From positions 65,355,741 through 65,419,740 of the forward strand of contig CM041465.1 of NCBI GenBank assembly GCA_023213395.1: 64,000 nt of DNA, read 5' to 3'. The notes below the pieces were generated by a model. The model was not told the DNA's origin and ran no database searches. It saw nothing but the letters and a program-made list of their open reading frames with translations. This document shows positions 12,201-25,563 of the stretch, in pieces. The stretch is from Cycas panzhihuaensis. Lineage: Eukaryota; Plantae; Cycadophyta. A program made the position numbers and the translations under genes. Each line of letters opens with the position of its first letter. Position 1 is the stretch's first letter.

Positions 12201-13417
12201 CATGTTTTAGGTTCAGAACAGTTCCACCGGCAGGCAAAAGAAGTCGACTTACAGTCAGGATTTTTCACTGGACGAGCTAATTGATGCAAGTTCTCCTACA
12301 TGCGACGAGGATTTAGGTAAATTGAGGAAATTAGCATGTCGACCATCTCCGGAGAGAAGGTTAATGACAGTGGATAGAGTGAATCACACAAAGAGCAAAA
12401 TTAAGCATGATATTTTGGAAGAACAAGAAATAGAAAATTGGGAGGATAAGGTGATGGTGAACAAACATTTATCCATTCAGAGTCGAGCTTCGCAAGATGA
12501 TGTCTTGAGAACTTGGGAAACTCATGAACTGGTAAAACAGGGCAGCCATTCTCAGATGGATTACCAAAGATACCATGCCAATCTGAGAAAGGTTTATCCA
12601 GACTGTGAAGAAGAGCAATTGTCATTGCAACAATATAATGAAATGCATGGGGGGAACAAAAGTAGAAGACCTGATATTAAGGGGAAATGTGAATATGAAG
12701 GGCGGAGAACTCCTCGCTATGAAGCAGCAACCACTGATGAATCAGAGATTGAACTAGATACAAGCAAGGAGGATTATTTGACGAGTGATTCCTCAGAAGC
12801 AGATATTTTGTGGCAATTCAAGGTACCAAATGTTACTTCTGTGACTCCAGCTGAACATGTCTCACGGGTCAAGAAGCCACAACAGAGGCTGGCAAAGACT
12901 CCTGAGCGAAGGTAACTTGAGACAAAATTGTGGCTTTAGTATACATCATTCCAAGCAATTTTGACTGTATGACTTTCAACTCTGAACTAGGCAGCAACAA
13001 TAGAACTATATATTTTCCAACTGGTAAATGATGCCTTCTCAAACAAAGCTTTGGGAATGAAGAAACTGACAAAAGTCTTTCTAGCAGTTAGAGAGGAAAG
13101 AATGAATTGAAGCAAGAAAGCTTTCTTTGTTGGAATTTTTTCCTTTCTAAATTTTTTGGCCCACTAGCCAAGTTGACCTTTGAATTGCCTGTGATTAAAT
13201 ATGGTTCTTTAAACAATTTCAATTTTCTTGCAGAAGTCCAAGCCAAGCTCAAGGCCCTTCTCCGGCTTTGAAGCATGAACATAGACTTTCCAATGGCAAT
13301 GCACAACTACAAGGTCGAGCAGGGAGGCAGTTGCCTTCTGGAGGAATGGAAGGGAAGCGATCCTCAACTGGAGGGGGGAAATCAACACTTGAAGCCAGAG
13401 TAGTTGCTAGTAAGTAG
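6288..13417 (+). CDS. KIN14: Kinesin-14 with N-terminal calponin-homology domain (KCH / KIN14F-I-like), 19 coding exons, ~1160 aa
   Basis: Exons with consistent phases: 6288-6447, 6662-6828, 7178-7321, 7531-7830, 7968-8042, 8170-8229, 8875-8976, 9269-9430, 9526-9607, 9707-9802, 10154-10333, 10431-10537, 10686-10864, 10998-11162, 11253-11506, 11597-11760, 11879-12079, 12211-12911, 13234-13417 (3483 nt, ending TAG). Motifs: [20 protein letters not shown]; CH domain ([10 protein letters not shown]...[38 protein letters not shown]); kinesin-14 neck [20 protein letters not shown]; P-loop GQTGSGKT; switch I NDRSSRSH; switch II DLAGSER; [19 protein letters not shown]. Confidence 0.95.
6662..7600 (+). 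other. Calponin-homology (actin-binding) domain-coding exons 2-4 of the kinesin
   Basis: Translation [11 protein letters not shown]...[23 protein letters not shown]...[42 protein letters not shown] matches the plant KCH CH domain. Confidence 0.9.
10154..11700 (+). other. Kinesin motor domain-coding exons 11-16
   Basis: Contains [50 protein letters not shown] and ETISTLKFA. Confidence 0.95.
10865..10997 (+). other. U12-type (minor spliceosome) AT-AC intron, 133 nt
   Basis: 5' end ATATCCTTT is the U12 donor consensus; branch-site-like CCCTTCAC lies about 10 nt before the terminal AC. Removal restores ...[13 protein letters not shown], and I found no GT-AG solution that preserves the motor domain. 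Confidence 0.9.
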
Positions 13418-16400
13418 TCCATTCCAATGAATTTAAATCAAGTAAATAGTAAGAAAATGGAAGAATATGAGCCTATATCTTCAACATCACTGCTCTTGAC
13501 TGGATCCACAAACCAGCTCTGAAGATGCTCATGCTGCACGCTTTGCTTTGATTTCCATTGTTCCCCAGTTTCATCTGAAGGATCATCTGTCAAGTGTTAC
13601 GCAAAGACGACTTTGCCCAGGCAGACAATTATAGCACAGATCGGAGTCTCATCCAAGTCCTCTAAAAGATGGCAGTAACTAGTGATGCAATTGCTGTTCT
13701 TTTTGTTGGTGATTATAATTGTAATTCTTTGAGCTTAATAGCTTTCTTTTTCTGATGACATATATTTATTGGATTGATGAGAGTGAGAGCATTGTAGAAT
13801 ATGATAGAAGAGAAGGCAATCATTTTGGTTGCTTCTCCATATCTTCTATTGTTGTATGGTGTTGACAATTAGTGTAGAGGAGGCCATGCTCTTACATGAA
13901 TTCTTTACATGCTATGAGATGCAAGGGCCTTTGTATTGGATTGAACTGTACCTGTTGTAGATTACATTACATTTACTTAAGGATTCTTTGAGATCATTAG
14001 TTGGACTTTGCTATATACATCCATGGTGCATATCTGCAATTTAGACCGTAAGTGCTTTATAACCAATGACTCACATCACAAAATACAGTTTCCCCTCCAG
14101 TCTTAAAGCCTTGTGTCTCTCTACCTGCCTTTCACAACTTGTTGGTCACATAATTAACATAAGCTTAAGTACGTTTTGTTTTCTTTTTAGATGATTGGTT
14201 GTTGAGGTTACTGGTGAATAATTTTCCCTAGGAAGATTTGTGTTGGTTCTAAATTTATTGTAGTTGTGTTTCTTATTGAGGAAAATAGAGGGAAGCACTA
14301 GAAGAAAAGTATTGCCATGATCCTGCGAGCAGCAAAGTGAATAGTGAAATCAAAGATAAGCAATTGAAGGACATATGCAGGCAATGTGTCCAAAATTTGA
14401 TCAAACATCCTCTTACTATTGTGTACTATTCTGTGGATTGCACTAAAGCAACAAGCTATTCCCTTCCTTTTTCACCTGAAGCATGGAAAAATCAAGACCA
14501 TAACTTTGGTCGCTTACTTTTAGACATTATAACAACTTCCTGGTAAAATTTCTTTTATTTTGTTGGGTTGTTCTTCAGGATCATTGCTGTGTGCCAGAAA
14601 TATGGACTGACAGATTTCATTGTTTTACATTCCATTTGTGTCTTCCTGTTAACCTCAATGATACATTCTCTTCCAAGAACTCCTAAGTTTCAAGAAATTA
14701 TGATTGCATTCTGTCATGGGGAAAGCATCTTAAATGTAACCAACTATGTACAAATTTTGTTAAGAGTTGAGAAGCACTAGGATCAGGCAATATTAGGAGG
14801 AAGGACAGGCCCTTTTCATATTAGGCATGCAAGTGGAAACAAGCACAACATGATTGTTGTTCCAAGTCTGGTGATATTCTAATAACACATCTTCACTTGA
14901 TGTTATGGTTTTAATATTTTTTCAGTGTTATCATTGGCTTTGTAACATGTGTAGGATAGTAAATTTATTAATGCATGAAGCCCTTTAAACTTTTGGCATT
15001 TTGACTAACGTATTCTTGAACAATACAGAAACTCGAAAATTGTAAGATATTTCCTTGGTAAGAATATTCGATAGGACAAGTACTCTCACAGATACATATA
15101 CCAATTAGGGGAATCATAATCTATCACCACTGGATAATGGCAAGTCTTTGATCCTCTGATTATTACATATTTGGTATAATGATTATTACATGCTAATGAA
15201 CAAATCCTTCCAATGCCAATGATAAAGTTTGCAAGGCATAGGTGGAATAATGGGGGGGATTCAGGATCAATATAATCTATGACAGTATGATGCACTGATC
15301 AAGCAATGGCAAGTGTAACGTTAATTGATTCCATTCATATATCTAATAGACAAAATAGCTAGTCGGTCTGTACTGGTTAGCTTATCCCACACTGTCATTC
15401 TCCAATATTAGTTTGAGGGATTAGTACATCCTAGTGGATCTGCTGGTTAGGGTCTCAATTCTCATCAAGAATGTAGTAAGTCCTCTGTTGAGATTTATGC
15501 CTTGAGGAAAAGTTGAAGAAATTTTGCCTAGTCTGAGTAGTTGGCAAGACAAATGGATCTGAGTTGCTTGCATATTAGTGTTATGTGACAATATACATTG
15601 CTTATGTATAGGTCAGTGCCCATGACAATCACATTATGGATATTAATGAAGGGGTGGCTAGGAGACGTATAGGGATGATTAGAAAAAGGGTCAAGGCCGC
15701 ATGTGTAGCACTACGAATTTTCCAGCCTACCCTATTGCTTATAGAAACGCAGAGGACAGAAGTGGTAAGATGTTTAGCTCATCCTAAAGGATCAAAGCCC
15801 CTTTTGATGCCATCTTTGTTTGTGAATACATTGAGCTAATAGGAGCATGGGCTATTACTACCAGTTCAATTCCCGAACTGATAACAGCCTCAATTAGCTC
15901 ATAGTCAGAGGCAGAAAAATCTAAATATGCTTTAAAATTTGGAATACTTTCTCGATACTTTATGTGCATGTGGATGTATTGAGCTTGCATCCGCACATGC
16001 TATTAATATGCCCGAACATGTAGCAACTGAATTAGGTTATGACCAAAATGGGAAACGTATCAAATTCGCTCCCCGGTTGCTACTGAACTAACTTATGACT
16101 CTTCCCATTATTGAGCATCACTTTTCAAGCAAGATGGTGGATAGACTTGGACCGATTGGACCCATTGAACACACATTTCGCCCCATCTCTTTCCACTGTT
16201 GTTGTGATCGGCTAGGATGAAGTTAACCTTCAGTTGGAACAAACATTCTGCCACACATACACAATGCAATATAAGCATGCATGCACCATCAGAGACTCGC
16301 CTTTATCTTCCCCCCTTCTCAGAAACGTTGAAGTTGCTGTATACTATCCAAGTAATTCTTAAGAAAGAGTGTGCCATCCATTTCCATGGATCCGTATAAC

Positions 16401-16654
16401 TCTTGGCCAAACTGAGCGCATACACAGTGGTCACCCTAACAGCCTACCAAGCTCAAATTTGGCTAAATTGCTCGGTCGGGAAGGTTTGTTCCCCATGGCC
16501 AAATGGATTTTCCAGACTCGGTAAAAATCTTAGTAATTTCTGTGAACAAAAGTACTAGAATAAAGCGATAGACAAAGAATATCTATTATGTGCATTTTGA
16601 GAGTTGGCAACCCTAAAATAGCATCACCTAATAACTTAAGAACGCGATCTTTTC

Positions 16655-16815
16655 TTAAACTAGGAATAGATCAAAGCAAAGTGGCATCTGAGCATTCAAC
16701 TAGTAATAAACACAAAGCAAACTGGCATCCAAGTTTTAAACTAGTAATAAATACAAAGTAAAGTGGCATCCAAGTTTTAAACTAGTAATAAATACAAAGT
16801 AAAGTGGCATCCAAG
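16655..16815. repeat. 41-bp minisatellite, about 4 copies
   Basis: Unit approximately acaaagtaaagtggcatccaagttttaaactagtaataaat; right-hand copies are nearly identical and left-hand copies more diverged. Confidence 0.9.
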
Positions 16816-19005
16816 CGTGCACTTCCATTCTGTAAAGACGGTGTACAGAAAGCCCTGGACTGATAAGTCTGGCCCGCAGAAAGAAGAAATGAATATATGT
16901 GAGGGCTCTTTTTGATTCTCTACAGCATATGACGACGACAAACTTTGTTTACCATCATAGCTTTTAGCTTTTCTACCACCGCTTTTCCTTTAGGCTTTAT
17001 TCCATCCAACGCCCACTCAAAAATAGAACATAAAACAGGCTTTTATAAAGGATTGTGTGTATGAAGCAATGAAAAGGACATCTAAATTTGCTAAATTCCA
17101 TCAATCATTCAATAACCACCGACACGTAGGAAATCACTTATTCGGTACCCTAGCAATTGACCAATCCGGCTCTCAAACAACTCCTTACTTACCCTGCAAT
17201 TTGAAGCCCTAGGTTACAAAGAAAACATTTCAGTGTTCTTTTATAAAAATAGAGGAGGTTACGTATCGAAACCAAATCAAGAGATTACTTATTTAAATTT
17301 AAGTTATATTTCACTCTTTTGAGTGCATTATTATTATTAGTACTGCGACGAAGTTATACATCGAAACATCTATAACTCTGCCTATGAGTGTATCGTTACT
17401 ATCATCGTAAGTCATCGTTACGAGCATAACTGGGACGTATGAAATTCAACAAAACGTTCATATCCAAATGTTGAAGGGAATTTCAAAGAATCACTTTTTA
17501 TTTAAAAGTGCTCGGGGGGACAAATTCAAAGCTTCCTTGTTCCTTAAGTTTTTTGGGGGTTCGGACTACTCTTCTAGCACACTTTAATGCCCGTTTATCC
17601 GTGCCATATATGCATAGTGGTAGGTTCATGTATTATTTTATTATTCACGCCTATTCCAATGGCAATGTTTTTGATCATCTTGCGTCGACCCCACACCATT
17701 GTTTCGTTATTCTCCACATTCTTTAAAATGCTTAAAGTCACAGGCACAATGAGTGCAGAACTATGTTCGAGACAATTAAGAAACGCCAAATTGTATTTTT
17801 GTGGTAGTTACTTGTAGGTTTAAGGCATCTCATGACCTTATAACTACCCAACATTATAAATTCATAATGATTTTAATGATGTTGAAAAATCTTTGATATG
17901 TCACTTACTATTGTTGTGTGGTGGAGACACGGTAAAGAATATTAAAATCAAGTATGCTTGTCATTTTCTTCACCTAACTCAATCCAATCAAAAGAGTGGC
18001 AACAAAAATTCTCACATAATTCCCCATACCAACCATCCACCTTCTCCATAGTACTATTTTATTTTTTTGTTTTGTGAACATCTTTATTCTACAAAGCACA
18101 TAATAGTACAACATTTGAAAGTTAAGATCAAAATAATATATACAATTAAAGTTAAACTGTAAGAGAACACTATCTTGAAAGAGAGACCTTGCACTAGACT
18201 AAGGGAACTTCTTGTGCTTTGTACATGTGTCTATATTTGATTCACTCACTCAAAAATTATCCTAAGGTTTTTGAAAAAATCAACCATCGCCCAAGGAATC
18301 AAAATTGATTTTTCATTTGAATGACCACCTTTGTCATCTTTGAGCTTTTAATGAGTTGGTTGTTGGATGTCTATGTTTTGGGTGGCCTCATTATTTTATT
18401 CCATAAAGCCTTTTGATCAATATGTAAATTCAACATAGAAGTGCAAAGAATGACCTTGTTTGCATTATAAAATCACAACTATGGGTCACATCAAAGATGT
18501 ACATCATATAAATAGCAAAGGCTAAGATAATTTTAAGTGTGAAAAGGGGAAGAATTCATGTTGGTGGTTATCCTCTCCCTCATTATCTTTATAGTGAACT
18601 TACAGGCTCACTAGAGGTAACATATGTTTTGCTCTTTTGGATGGTCCAATTGCTAACCATTGGTATAAAAAAGGCTCCATTTCTAATGATGACTTGTTGC
18701 ATCTTGGATACAAAAAAATCTTGCATACTTTTCTTGTATGAAGTTATTGGCCTCTTGTCAAGAACTAAATATGAAAGTTCACATGATGTCACATTCTTCT
18801 TGGTGGTCTAACAGGATTTGGTTTGCAAACATAACTTTTTATTATTTCTTGATGAGTAAGCTATATGATCACGTGTCAATCCATCCCTCTTTAAGACGTA
18901 GTAGAACATGGAGCGTGGACCATATGCACATAGCTTGGGAGAAGCATAACTTGTTAAACCATGAAACATAATACAATTGATTTTCCTTTTTCCTTTGGTT
19001 AATAC

Positions 19006-19349
19006 ATTAAAGTGGGCTACATGTTACCTATTAAGTTAAAATTGATTTTACAATTAAAGTTATTTATTTTAGAGAGGAAGAATGCATTCTGTATTTATTT
19101 TGGCTACATTAAGTAGATTATTGATCTTTATTCAAGATATCCTTTAACCCTCTTATATTTCAACGATATCTCACTTCGTATTAAAGTGGGTTACATGTTA
19201 CCTATTAAGTTAAAATTGACTTTACAATTAAAGTTATTTTTTTAAGAGAGGAGGAATGCATTTTGTATTTATTTTGGCTACATTAAGTAGATTATTGATC
19301 TTTATTCGAGATATCCTTTAACCTCTTATATTTCAAAGATATCTCACTT
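19006..19349. repeat. Tandem duplication of a ~174-bp unit (2 copies)
   Basis: attaaagtggg(c/t)tacatgttacctattaag...gatatctcactt at 19006-19176 and 19180-19349, with few substitutions. Confidence 0.92.
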
Positions 19350-19399
19350 GGCATTTGGTTCTTCTTGGTGATGTTTGCTCATTCGATGTTGTTTTTAGA

Positions 19400-20700
19400 T
19401 CTTCTTGGCATATATCTAGAATTAAAGTCTTGTGGATTATATGGAAAATAAAGAATACATTGTTTTTTTGCAAAAACTAGAGTTTGTGATTAAGTTTTCC
19501 ACCACTAACTTGCTTATTCCTTTTATTAATGTGTAACGTTCAGTTTGTTAGAAAATGATATGGTTTGATATTTATTTAGGGAATTTCCACATTAGTAGGT
19601 AATACTTTGTTGGATTCATTCACTAATAGGCAAAATCATGTTCCATGTCTGCCCTAAGGTTTTTACCAAGGAAGAGGGGATTTGTAAAGCAACTCAAGTA
19701 GATTGTATGGACCAAGACATTGAAGTTTTTATAATCTTCACATTTTTCCACCTTTCTAATCCTTTTGTTGACCTTGGGTATAATGTATGGCTATTGTCCT
19801 CAAATGAATATGATAGTTATAAGCACCCCAAAGCATGATGCAAGTAATTGATCCTACTCACATTGCTATGAACTCCCCTTACAAAATGATATAGAAAGCC
19901 AAGAGGCCATAAGAGGGGTTCATGTAATTAATTGGATTGCTTAGAGTAGACAACTCCTATATACTCTTAATAGTGAATGAACCCCTTAACATGTTAAGGG
20001 AGGAGGGGAAGCATAATTATTTCATATAATTTTTCTTTTTGACGGTATGTATTGAGCAAATAGAATCAAATTTCTGTTTGTTAGAGTTTGTTACCTTTTC
20101 ATCCAATTCTCCTCTATAACCCTCCGTGAGGGTTGAAAGTGGGACTTTCAACACTGTAAGATAGATACCTACCGATACACCTCAGTGCCTGACCTTATTA
20201 TTCCATATAGTTATTGATTTATTTTTGGCTTTTTTGGGTCTTAGTTCTAGAAGAGTACCTTATTTTAGCTTGTTTAATTGTTCAATTCAATTTATAACTT
20301 TTGCTTTATGTTTTAAGCTATGTTGGTGCAATTTTAACTATGAGGAAATTCCTGGCTCTATTGTTTGGAGATTTTCCATGCACCCCTCCTCTTACCTTAT
20401 AATATCCACCTTCTAAGCTTACTCAAAAAGAAATATAAAATTCTTCATTAATTAAATAAACTTTATAGCCATCTTCTTCACCCCTCCTTATATTTTCAAG
20501 GTCAATGATGCTTTTCTCTTTGTATTATATCATTGGATGCTAATTCTCAATGGTCTTCATCATTGTATTAACATTTGACTAAGTGCAAGGCCACTATAAA
20601 GGTCTCTCTTATTCCTTTCTTTGTACTCAACATAATATGAAGTGGGGCTCTATGTTGAAGGCATGCTAATTTACATGGCTATAAATTAGTTGTGTAAGAG
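19400..20700 (-). mobile_element. Possible very old LINE reverse-transcriptase remnant
   Basis: Faint minus-strand motifs in plausible order: KKMAIKF (~20460-20480, cf. MAIKLD) and FNPHGGL*RG (~20110-20150, cf. FxPxRGLRQG). Heavily degraded. Confidence 0.3.
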
Positions 20701-21155
20701 CTATTACTATTTCTATGTATATAATGTTAGAAATGGATTATAGTTTTCTGTCATTAGGATGTGTTAGTTATGGTGTGCTATTAAGTGCACACTACGATTA
20801 ATTATTATGATAGTGTTATGTTAACTTGTGTTATGCCATGGTTCAAGTAGATGGGATTAAGTTATGCTAATAGGTTAAAGTAAAGCTTAGAAATGATTAT
20901 ATAGTAGTCCTTGTTGGAGTATGGTATAACTCTGATATCATAATTTTGGGTGTGGATATGTAAAAGTAAATGAACAAATGAATGGACTCAATTAGGACTT
21001 GAATATAAGATAAGAGGTGAGAAATAATATAATAATGAAATGCACAAATGGATAAAATATGTACAACAAAATAAATAAACAACTTATGGAAGAATGAGTA
21101 AACTTTATTTACTTGAAAAAATAGTATATATATTTATAAATCTATTCATCCACTC

Positions 21156-24100
21156 TTTTATTTTTTTAGAAGGTAAAAGTAAATGTCATTAATTTATAAA
21201 TTTAAATACAGTACAAGATGATAAAGAGCCTATGAATTAAGTGGACGTACCTCCCCAGTCTTTTACATGCAACATGTTCAAGATAGCAGAGTTAGTATGA
21301 AGGTTTTTCTTAAGCTTTTTGCAAAGAGAAATAAACCAAGAATTGTACGATAGCCATAACAAAATTTCCTTCCTTACACACCCAAAAGTTTGATTAAAAG
21401 ATATGACTACCTTTTGGAAATAAGTTGTGGTATGAATTTTCTAAATTTCATGTAGAATGGTCTTGAGAAGAAGAAAGTAGAGGTCTATTAAATGCCGACA
21501 AATCACAAATCAAACATATACCGTTGTCTAACTTCCTTTAATTAACCAAGAATGAAAAGGAAAGTGACCATCTCGAATTTCGGTGAAACCTTAGCTCAGA
21601 TTAAAGATCTGAAATGTAATGTACCAGATGTCTTGGACTAGAGAGCATTATCACCAAATGTGATCAAAGCTATCGTTCTGAGTACCACATACTAGACAGT
21701 GAGATTGACAACTCATATTCCACTAATCCTAATTGTCTTGGAAGATGAAAACTTTGTGCAAAATCCTCTAATGAAGCATGATATATTTGGGTTATGCTTA
21801 TTTCCACCATATCCATCCCTATTCAACTTGAAGGTGGACATGTCGATATTGCTGGCTATGTAATAGGTAGTAGAATTTTATGGACTCGAATACTCGACCC
21901 CTAGAGAGAAACCTTAGTCCTTTCTCCTTCTCTAATTCCTTTGAAGCAATAAGAGGGTCCACTTGCTATATGAAAAAATTGAGTCTATCAACCATCTATA
22001 GGAGCACAGGTCCAGGTTAAGGGCTAAGCTCTATCATGAGATCAATAAAATTCTTCCAACAAAGTTGATCAAAATCGTGAAACTGATCTATAATATGCCA
22101 ATTGTGAGTGCTAAAAAACTGAGCTAAAGGTGCAATCTCCTCTTGACTAACCAACAGAGAAAACCTTGATGCAACCACTTATTGGTCTAAAAGTTGACTT
22201 GAAAGCTAGTTGATCTTGGAGAATATATAGTATTGTAGTGAAGATTGCCCCAAGCTGCCACCATATAATTACAAATTATGGATCATTTGTTTAAATAATT
22301 AGGAGTAGCTAGTTGTTGTTTAGCAGAATATATAAAATAGTACTTACTCCTAATAATACAAGTCCATTTATCATTCTCTCTGTTCTATAGGTCCTATAGT
22401 CACTTAGTTCCTCTTATCTTTGCTATGATAAAAGATCTTTGAGGCCAAGGCCAATTCGACCCTTGTGATCCAAGATTGTGCTTTATTTCACTAGGTAAAA
22501 CGTCTTTGCTTCAGTTGACCATGGTTTCCAGAGAAATCTTATGAACAAACTCTGGATTGTTGAAAGCATTACTTTGGGAGCTTGAATGATGGACATTAGA
22601 TAAGAGTTGATTTTATTAAACTCCATCTATATGCTAAGTTAAGAGATCTGGTTGGCCAAGCATCCAACTTCTTTTTGATTTTTAGAATATATGGATGCCA
22701 ATAAGAAATTTTTAATCTGAAAAGGCCCATAGAGATTTCTAAGTATTTGAAGATCGTGGATCTTGGAGTAATTAGAACTCCAAGAGTTTTTACCAAAGTG
22801 TATTGGACCTTTACATCTAATTCATTGAAGATGATGTTGGATTTACTGTGATTGATCGTCATCCCTACTATAAGACCAAAGACCCTTAGCGCTTGGTTCT
22901 AGATACTGATTTCTATATGGGAAGGATGACCCAACAAAATGGTATCACCTGTAAATATCTAATGCATTATAATCTCTATTCCATCAATAGAGATCCTTTG
23001 GAGAAGACCTACTGACTGAAGCCATGCTAATAGAGAAGAAAGGCCATCCATAGCGATCATGAAAAGATAAAGACATAAGGGGAAACCTTGGTGGATTTCT
23101 CTGCTCGTATAAATAAGGCCATTGATTGAGCCATTGATTTTTATGGTCATTGAAATTGACAAGAGATGGCTTTGATCCAGTTGATATGGTCTATTTATAA
23201 GCCCTTTCAAGAGAGAATAACAGAAAGAAAGTCCCATTCCATTATGTCATAAGCTTTATTGATGTCCAATTTGAACAAAGCAGCTTGTTGCCTTTTTGTA
23301 TGTATAGTATGGAGAACCTCAACTATCATAATTATGCTATCAACCATGTGTTGGCCTCTTATAAATGTTGTTTAATTTTTATTAACAACCAGAGCGAGGA
23401 ACTCTTTGAGCCGGTTGGCTAAAACTTTGGCTATTATCTTATATGAGGTATTATAGAGACTTATGGGTCTCCACTGGTGAATGGTGGATGGAGTACCACT
23501 TTTTGGAATCAAGGAAACCATGGTTGCATTGATAGCTGAGTGCATTTTTCCTGTCCGATGAATCTCTTCCACTACTCCTATTAGAAGTTGAGGTACCTCA
23601 TCAAAATTTATAGACAATAGGAGCTCCATGGGTATTTCATCAAGCCCAGAAGATTTGGCTTTTAGAAGTTTTGTCATAATTTTGTGTATCTCCTTCTTGG
23701 TGATCGGTCTACTAAAAGAATCATTGAGAATTCTACGACACTCCTTAATAATTGGGTTTACCTTAGAGAGTATGATTTGTATATTTTTGACTTTGGTATA
23801 AGAAAAACCCTGAGTGGTCCATAATCTATCAAAGTGATGGAGAAACTCAGCTTGAATTTTATGGCGCAAGTATGTGATCTTTGCAGGGGATACCTACATA
23901 CACTTAAGCAACTGTTGGTATTGCATTGCTTTAGCATAGTGGTTGAAGAATTTTGTATTTTGATCTGTGTGAAGTTTCCATTGAATAGTTGACGGTGCTT
24001 TCCATTTTTTGGCTTCTTATTTTTGCATGAGCAAGAATTGGTCATTTAAGTCAATGAACCTTTATTGAAGATTAGGCGAATCTTTTCCTTCTTCAAATTC

Positions 24101-24984
24101 CTTTTACAAATTCTAAATAGTAGCCAACATGGATTTCCTCTATTCCTCAAATTTGTGTTTGCGATCTTTGTCAAATATCTTAATGTGAGATTTGAGGCCC
24201 TTCATAATTGTCGTCCATCGAGTATTAGGGCTATCTAAAGCATTTGAACTAGTATACAATTCCTCCCACCATTATTGTAGGGCAGTCCTGAAGTCATCCA
24301 GTTTGAGTAAATTTGTGTTGAGTTTGAAAATTATCTTCTCTATGGTTGAAGGGTCGATCCCTGTAAAAAGTAAAATTTTGATTGGGACATGATCAGATAT
24401 CATGATCGCATTCACGAAGATATATATTAGTACCAAGCAATGAGATGGCTGAGCGAATTTGATATGTAGACTCTATCAAGTCTTTTAGCTATGCGATTGT
24501 TGCCTTGCCTATTGTTGGTCCATGTAAATTTCAATGGCCCCTTCCAAGGAAGTTTAGAAAGTCCCAAAGCATCTTTGAGTTTGGCAAATGTTAGATTGTC
24601 TCTTTGATAAGGTCTTTTAAAATTACCCCCTGATTTGTCATAAGGGTATTTCACAAAATTGAAGTCCCCTAAAAGTAAGATATGGTTATATTCTACCTAA
24701 TAGTTATTTAGGGCACTTGCCAAAATTTGCCACGAATTGTGTATGACCCGAGCATCAGTAGAGGCATAGACTATGATGACCCAACAAATGAATTGATCAT
24801 TTTCCATTTTTAAGCATAGCTAGTCTTAAAGAGGGCTTACTATATAGTGAATTCTCTTCCACTTGTCATTCCATAGAATACAAAGTCCTTTGATGGGTCT
24901 GTTTGGAATAACTACTTTCCATTGAGCTAATGACCAAATACTTCAGATTGTGCATTCATGTCGTTGTCAGACACAATATGAGTT
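21156..24984 (-). mobile_element. 5'-truncated L1-clade LINE (degenerate ORF2: endonuclease + RT), with poly(A) remnant and TSD
   Basis: Endonuclease motifs ETH (~24980), LLGDFN (~24660), FTWTNNRQGNNRIAKRLDR and SDH. RT motifs KSSGLDEIP, LIPK...WRPISLYNTSYKIIAKVLANRLK and QGFPLCLYLF. T-tract at 21156-21167 is the tail. Flanking 15-bp repeats tctattcatccactc (21141-21155) and tctactcacctactc (24985-24999) differ only by three C/T transitions. Confidence 0.9.
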
Positions 24985-25563
24985 TCTACTCACCTACTCG
25001 CTACTTATATATATATATGGTTACTCACAATTTATTAATTATTTTAGAGTAAGGACAATTTTAAGTTGATAAAATTAATATTCTAAGGTAAAGTTAGCTT
25101 CTAACAATTTGTATTATTATTATAATCTTAAAACTTGTAAAACATTCACATATATTGTCTTTTTAATGCTTGCAACCACTTCTTTCAAAGTCAACTCTAT
25201 GTTATGATCTATGTCACATAATATGATTTCATTTAATTAAGACCATAATTATAAAATAATTTGATCTTTATTTAGTTTCAATGGTGCCTTTGTCCATTAG
25301 GAAGGGTAGACATGTAATAATTCCCCTCTTTTAACACGCCTTACCCTTGAAGCATAGATATTGACAAATGCTACCATTGCTATAATTCACCTTTCTCTTA
25401 AAGCTTGTGTATATATATTTTGGGACTAACTTTGTTTAGTAAACTTGGTCATAAGTCAACTCTCCATAATAAGAAGGAAATGTAATAATTTCCTTTTTTT
25501 GACATGCTTCACCCTCAAAGTATTTTTATTTTTAGACTTGAGCTTCAACAAATGCTATGAAAT

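Noticed and set aside
12991-13023. Possible alternative or poison exon in the last kinesin intron
   Set aside because: Only minimal AG/GT signals and an immediate stop; no support without transcripts.
15600-16520. Possible second gene downstream of the kinesin
   Set aside because: Short open frames on both strands show no recognisable protein motif or consistent splice structure.
16655-16815. 41-bp repeat as a CRISPR-like array
   Set aside because: Units are contiguous tandem copies with no unique spacers.
19136-19150. ATATCCTTTAAC (U12 donor/branch-like) in both units of the 174-bp duplication
   Set aside because: No flanking exons or reading frame; a chance match in AT-rich DNA.
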